32,439 bases of DNA from an uncultured bacterium (lineage in GTDB: Bacteria > JAJVIF01 > JAPKYR01): NCBI GenBank assembly GCA_965369865.1, contig CBDURU010000028.1:1-32439 (forward strand), in the 5' to 3' direction. Shown here piece by piece: positions 27,048-32,439 of this stretch. The position numbers and the translations under genes were made by a program. Under the pieces are notes generated by a model. That model had not been told where the DNA came from. It saw only the letters and a list, made by a program, of their open reading frames with translations, and did no database searches. Position 1 is the first letter of the stretch; each line of letters starts with the position of its first letter.

Positions 27048-28436
27048 TTAAAACTGGAAATACAAAAATGGTCCCGCCTGGGAGAAATACAGAACCGAGA
27101 TCGTAGTCAGTAAACCAAGCGCGTAACCCCATAACTTCTTCGGACCGACTTTTTTAATCCTCACAACCTCGACGGCGTTCGGGAAACCCATCTCCCAGAC
27201 AAGCGCGATAAGAAGAATCGCGAGTAAATGGTAATCGATATGCACGGCCTGAAACAGCCCCGGGATATCGAACATCTTCCTGAAAATCGCGAATGAAATC
27301 TCAAATGTCGGCGGCCGGAAAAATACCCATCCGATTGTCACGAGCATGAAAGTCCCGAACCGCGCCCAGATAACATTCCTCGGGATCCATTTGAATCGTT
27401 TCAGGTGATGGTGAAGTTCGAGAAGGATCGCATGGTACGCGCCCCACACCATGAATGTCCATGCCGCCCCGTGCCAGAGACCCCCGAGCAGCATCGTAAC
27501 CGCCAGCGCGATAAATCGGTTGTTCCGTCCACCGAGGGGGATGTAAAGATAATCCCTCAGCCATCTCGATAACGTCATGTGCCAGCGCCGCCAGAAATCG
27601 CTGATCGAGACCGCTTTATACGGGGAGTTGAAATTCTGGGGGAATTTGAAACCGAGGAAATGCCCGAGACCGATCGCCATAAGGCTGTAACCGGAAAAAT
27701 CGAAATATAACTGCAGCGAGTAACCGATAATCGCCACCCAGGCTTCTATCGGCCGCATGCTTTGATACTCAAGAAACATGGGGTCGATAAACACCGCGAT
27801 ACGGTCGGCGACAAGGACCTTCCTGACAAGCCCCAGACTGAAATAATAAAACCCCAAATTTAGATTTTCGTTTGTAATCTTTTTTGGGAGATTTAACATC
27901 GTCTCCGCGATTTCACGGAACCTGACAATCGGTCCGGCTATCAATTGCGGAAACAGGGCGACATAGGCAGCGAACGCGATGAAATCCCGGGTAGGTTCGA
28001 GGTCCTTCCTGTACACATCGATCGAATAGCTCATCGACTGGAACGTGAAAAAGCTGATACCGATCGGGAGAACGATAGTCCAGCCCGGAAGGATATTCGC
28101 ACCGCCAAACCATCCGAAAAGCGTATTCGCCGACGCCGCAAGCAGCATGTAGTACTTGAAAAATCCAAGCATCCCGAGATTAGCGATCAGGGCGAGCACA
28201 AGCCAGAACTTCCGCTTCGACTGAACCTCCTCCGCGTCCATCTTCAGACTGGCGGCATAATTTACAGCCGTCGCAATCAAGAGGAGCGATGAAAATCGCC
28301 AGTCCCAGTAGCCATAGAACACATAACTCGCAATCGTGAGCCACAGGCGGCGGATGCGGTCATTCTTCAGGAGCCAGAACCCAAAGATGGTTACCGGCGC
28401 GAACAGAAAAACGAACACGTAACTTGGAAAAAGCAT
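27048..28436 (-). CDS. MBOAT family O-acyltransferase (AlgI/PatA/DltB-like)
   Basis: Motifs LPIGISFFTFQSMSY, FPQLIAGPIVR, LYFDFSGYS, FWRRWHMTLSRWLRDYLYIPLGG, and catalytic His in GLWHGA. Confidence 0.92.
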   Translation of the reverse strand: MLFPSYVFVFLFAPVTIFGFWLLKNDRIRRLWLTIASYVFYGYWDWRFSSLLLIATAVNYAASLKMDAEEVQSKRKFWLVLALIANLGMLGFFKYYMLLAASANTLFGWFGGANILPGWTIVLPIGISFFTFQSMSYSIDVYRKDLEPTRDFIAFAAYVALFPQLIAGPIVRFREIAETMLNLPKKITNENLNLGFYYFSLGLVRKVLVADRIAVFIDPMFLEYQSMRPIEAWVAIIGYSLQLYFDFSGYSLMAIGLGHFLGFKFPQNFNSPYKAVSISDFWRRWHMTLSRWLRDYLYIPLGGRNNRFIALAVTMLLGGLWHGAAWTFMVWGAYHAILLELHHHLKRFKWIPRNVIWARFGTFMLVTIGWVFFRPPTFEISFAIFRKMFDIPGLFQAVHIDYHLLAILLIALVWEMGFPNAVEVVRIKKVGPKKLWGYALGLLTTISVLYFSQAGPFLYFQF

Positions 28437-28439
28437 TTC

Positions 28440-29510
28440 TCAGCCACTCTCCCGATACGGTTCCTGGAATTCGTTCTCTAAAAGTGCTCTTGTCATGAGT
28501 GCGATATTATTTCGCTGGAGATGTATCCCGTCATAGAAATTATCCGGATCCCCCCCGAAGCTCTCGATATCGGTAAAATCCTTGAAAACACCGCCATTTT
28601 CAATAACCGTCTCCTCAAGGAACGCTCTTCCCGCATCATTTGCCGGACCGGCGCCAAGTTCCTCGATTTTCATCGACAGTCTCGGATGATTCGGGGTCGT
28701 GTACACGATAAATTTTATTCCATGCGCCGAACAGGTCTCCAGGATTTCAAGCCACCGGGCCTTGCGTTCATTGGATAACTCGGTAAAACCAGCGGTCCCG
28801 TAAGTTTCAACCCAGGTCGGTATATGCCAGTCAAGAAAATCATCGAGATTGAACGTTTCATTCGCGACCATCGCCTCACGGTACGGGTAAATGACCACCC
28901 CGTTCGCAAGGTACTCCCGGTAGGGCAGGGAGTCATCGAATCCCGCATCCCGCCGGATCACCATCAGCGAGGATTTAAACTGTTCCATGGAGAATAGCTT
29001 GTTCAGGCTGCCGCTGACCGCAGTATATACCGGGTAATCGAGAAAATATTTCGAATATGCCGGGGCAAGCAGAACCTGTGAATTCATCTTGAAATACGGG
29101 CAGAAAACATTGGGATCGACACCAAGAATAACTGTACCCACCGGGGCATCGAATTCCTCGACCGCTAATTTCAACGCGGCGAGCATCGAGGCGGTATCGG
29201 CTCCCGTAAGCCCCCAGTTAAAGCACGGCTTTCCCGTGATTTCTTCAACGAGAGCCGGATCGACCTTCTCCACCCTCGAACTTCCCAGTATGAGGATTTC
29301 CGGAGGAGTATCCAGCGCCTTAAACAACGCCAGCTTGGTTGAATATGAATTCAACTCGTACGGCTCAAATATATCAACGCCATAAAAATCGAAAGGATCT
29401 ATCAGGATATTGAGTATCATTACCATCAACAGAGAAAAAACCGCGAAATACACATAGCCCTTATAGAATTCAGGCAGCCTCCATTTTTGATTTTCGTTAG
29501 ATCCGGACAT
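28440..29510 (-). CDS. Membrane-anchored SGNH-like (DltD/AlgJ-like) acyltransferase partner
   Basis: N-terminal TM followed by DPF, block I ILILGSSR, and block V FYDGIHL. Ends 3 nt before the MBOAT start. Confidence 0.75.
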   Translation of the reverse strand: MSGSNENQKWRLPEFYKGYVYFAVFSLLMVMILNILIDPFDFYGVDIFEPYELNSYSTKLALFKALDTPPEILILGSSRVEKVDPALVEEITGKPCFNWGLTGADTASMLAALKLAVEEFDAPVGTVILGVDPNVFCPYFKMNSQVLLAPAYSKYFLDYPVYTAVSGSLNKLFSMEQFKSSLMVIRRDAGFDDSLPYREYLANGVVIYPYREAMVANETFNLDDFLDWHIPTWVETYGTAGFTELSNERKARWLEILETCSAHGIKFIVYTTPNHPRLSMKIEELGAGPANDAGRAFLEETVIENGGVFKDFTDIESFGGDPDNFYDGIHLQRNNIALMTRALLENEFQEPYRESG

Positions 29511-29578
29511 TTTCCAGCCAGCTTTATCTCAAATCCCCCCGTAATTTTACTTTCGGGGAGTATATCAGATGAACCGTG

Positions 29579-31222
29579 TTATCTGACGGCTCCCTCGGTA
29601 AATTCAGAAGTTTCGGAAGCGAACAAAGCACGGGTCATAAGTTCCATATTTTCCTTTTGCATATGGACACCATCGTAGAAGAGATCGGGATCGGCTCCGA
29701 AACTTTCAATATCGCTGAAATCAAAAAATATTCCATCGTGCTGAGTAACGGATTGGGCAATAATGGCTTTGATATCATCGTAAACCGTATCGGCACCGAT
29801 TTCTGAAATCTTCTCCGCCAGCCTGGGATGATTCGGGGCCATGAAAATAATGACATTAATTCCGTGGCTCGAACAGGTTTCAAGGGTCTCATACCAGTAA
29901 TCGAGACGCTCTTCTGACGGCCCGTCGAAATATTGAATCCCGTATTTAGCGACCCATGTCGGAATTTGCCAGTCTAGAAAATTGTCGAGATCGAGGGTGC
30001 CATCGGCTAACGCTTCATCCCAAACAGGATAATTGACCATACCGTCCGCCCTGAATTCCCTGAACAGGGGCATGTCAACGAACCCGATTTCCCTTTTAAT
30101 GACCATTAGCGACGATCTGAGCTGTTCCGGTCTGAACAGGAAGGTCGCTTTGAGGCCGATCGCATCTAAATATGGGTGATCCCTCATGTATTTCGAGAAT
30201 GCCGGGACCATCTGCACCATTATGTTCAATCTGAAATTCTCGTTGAAAATGCCTGGATCGATCCCGATTATGACCGTGTCCAGCTCAACCTCGTATTCTT
30301 CAACAACAATTTTAAGAGCGGCAAACATGGATCCCGGCTCAACCGCCGCAAGTGCAAAATTGTAGCAGGATTTTCCTGTGATCTCCTTAATTAATTCCGG
30401 ATCGAAAGTATCGAGGCGCGAACTTCCAAGCACCAGGATTTCAGGCGGGTTCGGAAGTTCCCTGAAAAGTTTAAGCTTTAACTCGTAGGAGTTATGTTCA
30501 AACGGCTCGGTAAGATCAACGCCGTAAATGTCGAATGGGTCTACTAATAAATTAAGCACAGCGATAATCATCAGGGGTAAAAGCCAAAGGAGAACGTAAC
30601 CCTTGTAGAAATCAGGCCTGCGCCATTTTTCAAAATCGTTCCAGTTATCCAGGACCCCTTTTAATTGGCCAAGTGACTTGATTCGCGCGTCCGCTTCAGG
30701 TTCGAGATGCCTGAATTTCTCCGTCTCAAGAAATACCGTACGGCATCCCGCGTTTCTCCCGGCTTCAATATCGAAATGGAAATCACCCACCATCACCGAG
30801 GCTTCGGCTTCGACTCCCAGTATCTCACATGCCGCATGGACCGCATCCGGATCGGGTTTCGGCGGGGCATCTTCCCTCGCTACGATCGCGCCGAAATCAA
30901 CATCGTGATTTTTCGCGATCAGTTCAACCACTTCACGAGAGTTCCGTGTAATGATCCCCCTTTTCAGCGATTTAGATTCAAGCCAGTCAAACAATTCATG
31001 GACCGCCGGGTCCAGTGTGGCCTTCGCCGCGGCTTCCAGTTCGCGCCGACGGAGGATATCATTTTTCTCATCACGCTCATTCTCCGGGAGGGCTTCAATG
31101 CCTTCGATAATAAAAACCGACTCATCACCGAAAAGCTCCATTTTAATTGCGGACAGATCGAGAGGAGAATGGACGAGAACTCCATCAAGGTCGAAAAGCA
31201 CAGCCTGAAGCGGTGGATACAT
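29579..31222 (-). CDS. HAD-family phosphatase fused to a membrane-anchored SGNH-like domain
   Basis: HAD motifs FDLDGVL, ITRN, KPDP and VGDFHFDIEAGRNAG, then a TM helix and an SGNH-like domain (LGSSR, FYDGVH) paralogous to 28440-29510. Confidence 0.8.
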   Translation of the reverse strand: MYPPLQAVLFDLDGVLVHSPLDLSAIKMELFGDESVFIIEGIEALPENERDEKNDILRRRELEAAAKATLDPAVHELFDWLESKSLKRGIITRNSREVVELIAKNHDVDFGAIVAREDAPPKPDPDAVHAACEILGVEAEASVMVGDFHFDIEAGRNAGCRTVFLETEKFRHLEPEADARIKSLGQLKGVLDNWNDFEKWRRPDFYKGYVLLWLLPLMIIAVLNLLVDPFDIYGVDLTEPFEHNSYELKLKLFRELPNPPEILVLGSSRLDTFDPELIKEITGKSCYNFALAAVEPGSMFAALKIVVEEYEVELDTVIIGIDPGIFNENFRLNIMVQMVPAFSKYMRDHPYLDAIGLKATFLFRPEQLRSSLMVIKREIGFVDMPLFREFRADGMVNYPVWDEALADGTLDLDNFLDWQIPTWVAKYGIQYFDGPSEERLDYWYETLETCSSHGINVIIFMAPNHPRLAEKISEIGADTVYDDIKAIIAQSVTQHDGIFFDFSDIESFGADPDLFYDGVHMQKENMELMTRALFASETSEFTEGAVR

Positions 31223-31458
31223 AGGAGAGGTATTTTACCAGAAATATAAAACCAAAACCCCACCATACTTAGCGGGGGTATGTTTGCTGGCTCTCGAACC
31301 CCGGGGACAAGGCATTTTTCCCTTGATATATGATGGTAAAGTCAGGTTTATCTCTAGAGAAAAATGGCATGTCCCCAGTGATTTTTATAATTTCAAGTCG
31401 ATCTGGTCTCAGAATCCTGCGTTTCAATCTAATAATGACACAAAACGGGTACGGGTAC

Positions 31459-31744
31459 CGTTGACAAGCAAAGTGAGACATCTGAAACAAGCAAGCATAA
31501 TGAATCTTCGGGTCGAATGTGCTTGTCGACGGAATAACACAATCCCCATCTACGTAATTAATGCCATATATTTCCAACATCCCCGTCTACAAACGGGATG
31601 TCGATAACACCATCCCCCTGAAGGGGGGATTACAGGGGGGGGCTTTAGAGTTCAATCTACTTACACTGTCGAATAAACCCCGGGTGGCCTCAACAAGCAT
31701 ACGTGTCGACGTATATCAATTCTAAATATATCCAATCAATTTTT
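31459..31744. repeat. Dispersed repeat element copy B (inverted relative to copy A, interrupted by a ~180-bp insert)
   Basis: Two blocks match the reverse complement of 6381-6486. TGTCGACG is duplicated at 31524-31531 and 31704-31711. Confidence 0.7.
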
Positions 31745-31801
31745 ACTTAACGAAATTGGCCTAAATCGATCAGCGGGGACGGGTAAGTCACGCAAATCGT
31801 G

Positions 31802-32437
31802 TTACCAGTAACCATCAGGTGGGAATTTACTAAGGTACAAAACTGAATCCAGGTTATAAAAGGGCCAGCTGCCAGTATCCCGTACGTCTACTCCAGGTCC
31901 TGGATCGAAATCAATGCCTGGCCCCCAAAAAGCACCAACAACATATACATTATTATCCCCGTCAATTGCTATTCCCTGGACTCCAACTCCACTATCAAGT
32001 CCTTCCCAGACTCTTGACCATGAATATTCTCCTGAAGGATTGAACTTGCTAAGGTATGATTTACCAGCCGTCCCAGCCGCAACATGAAAGTTAATCCCCT
32101 CACCTGGATCCAGATCTACATCTTCGTAAAATAGTCCGCCCATATATAAATTATGATATTCATCAAAACAAAGAGTCATACCTAGTTGATTCCACTGATA
32201 TACAAATTTGTATGCTCCACTGGAGTCATACCGGCATAAGAACGAGTCCCGTTCCTCAGTTGCTGTATGAATATCCTCATCCGGACCTGGATTGAAATCA
32301 ACCTGATTATAGAAATTACCTGCTACATAGACAATCCCTGAAGAGCTGGCGATAACATGGTATATACTATCACTTTCAATCCCACCCCATGTCCTTGCCC
32401 ATCGGAAATTTCCGTCTGGATCGAATGAGCTCAGGAA
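31802..32437 (-). CDS. SBBP-repeat beta-propeller protein, 3' part (5' end outside window)
   Basis: The frame stays open to the window edge (FLSSFDPDGNFRWARTWGG...VDFNPGP...IAIDGDNNVYVVG...LSKFPPDGYW). Same repeat type as 167-1606. Confidence 0.8.
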   Translation of the reverse strand, partial: FLSSFDPDGNFRWARTWGGIESDSIYHVIASSSGIVYVAGNFYNQVDFNPGPDEDIHTATEERDSFLCRYDSSGAYKFVYQWNQLGMTLCFDEYHNLYMGGLFYEDVDLDPGEGINFHVAAGTAGKSYLSKFNPSGEYSWSRVWEGLDSGVGVQGIAIDGDNNVYVVGAFWGPGIDFDPGPGVDVRDTGSWPFYNLDSVLYLSKFPPDGYW

Positions 32438-32439
32438 AG

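Noticed and set aside
31269..31607. ORFs 31269-31580 (-) and 31284-31607 (+); likewise 6390-6647, 1789-1983 and 24274-24582
   Set aside because: They fall in repeat-rich or promoter intergenic DNA, lack convincing RBSs and have no protein-like motifs.

Overview
Bacterial chromosomal window of roughly 50% GC by eye. It has no rRNA, tRNA, CRISPR array, integrase or transposase gene. Gene content from left to right: an SBBP-type beta-propeller lipoprotein; a serine-pathway-like operon (class V aminotransferase, SerA, DUF1015 protein); a small orphan ORF; a membrane-anchored heparinase II/III-like lyase; two tandem ~1150-aa LVIVD-repeat lipoprotein paralogs; a tightly packed 8-gene minus-strand operon; an MFS transporter; an EEP-family nuclease/phosphatase; an MBOAT gene plus two SGNH-like genes, one fused to a HAD phosphatase; and the 3' end of a second SBBP gene. 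The 8-gene operon is the best candidate for an undescribed system. It combines a GlmL-type ASKHA ATPase, a soluble barrel-sandwich/KOW protein, a surface-exposed DUF6754-like protein and several membrane proteins, with no glutamate mutase in the window. The EEP gene sits in a 990-bp cassette flanked by a 19-bp direct repeat of the MFS 3' end. Intergenic regions carry several families of REP/REPIN/MITE-like hairpin repeats. All family assignments come from motif recognition by eye, not from database searches.
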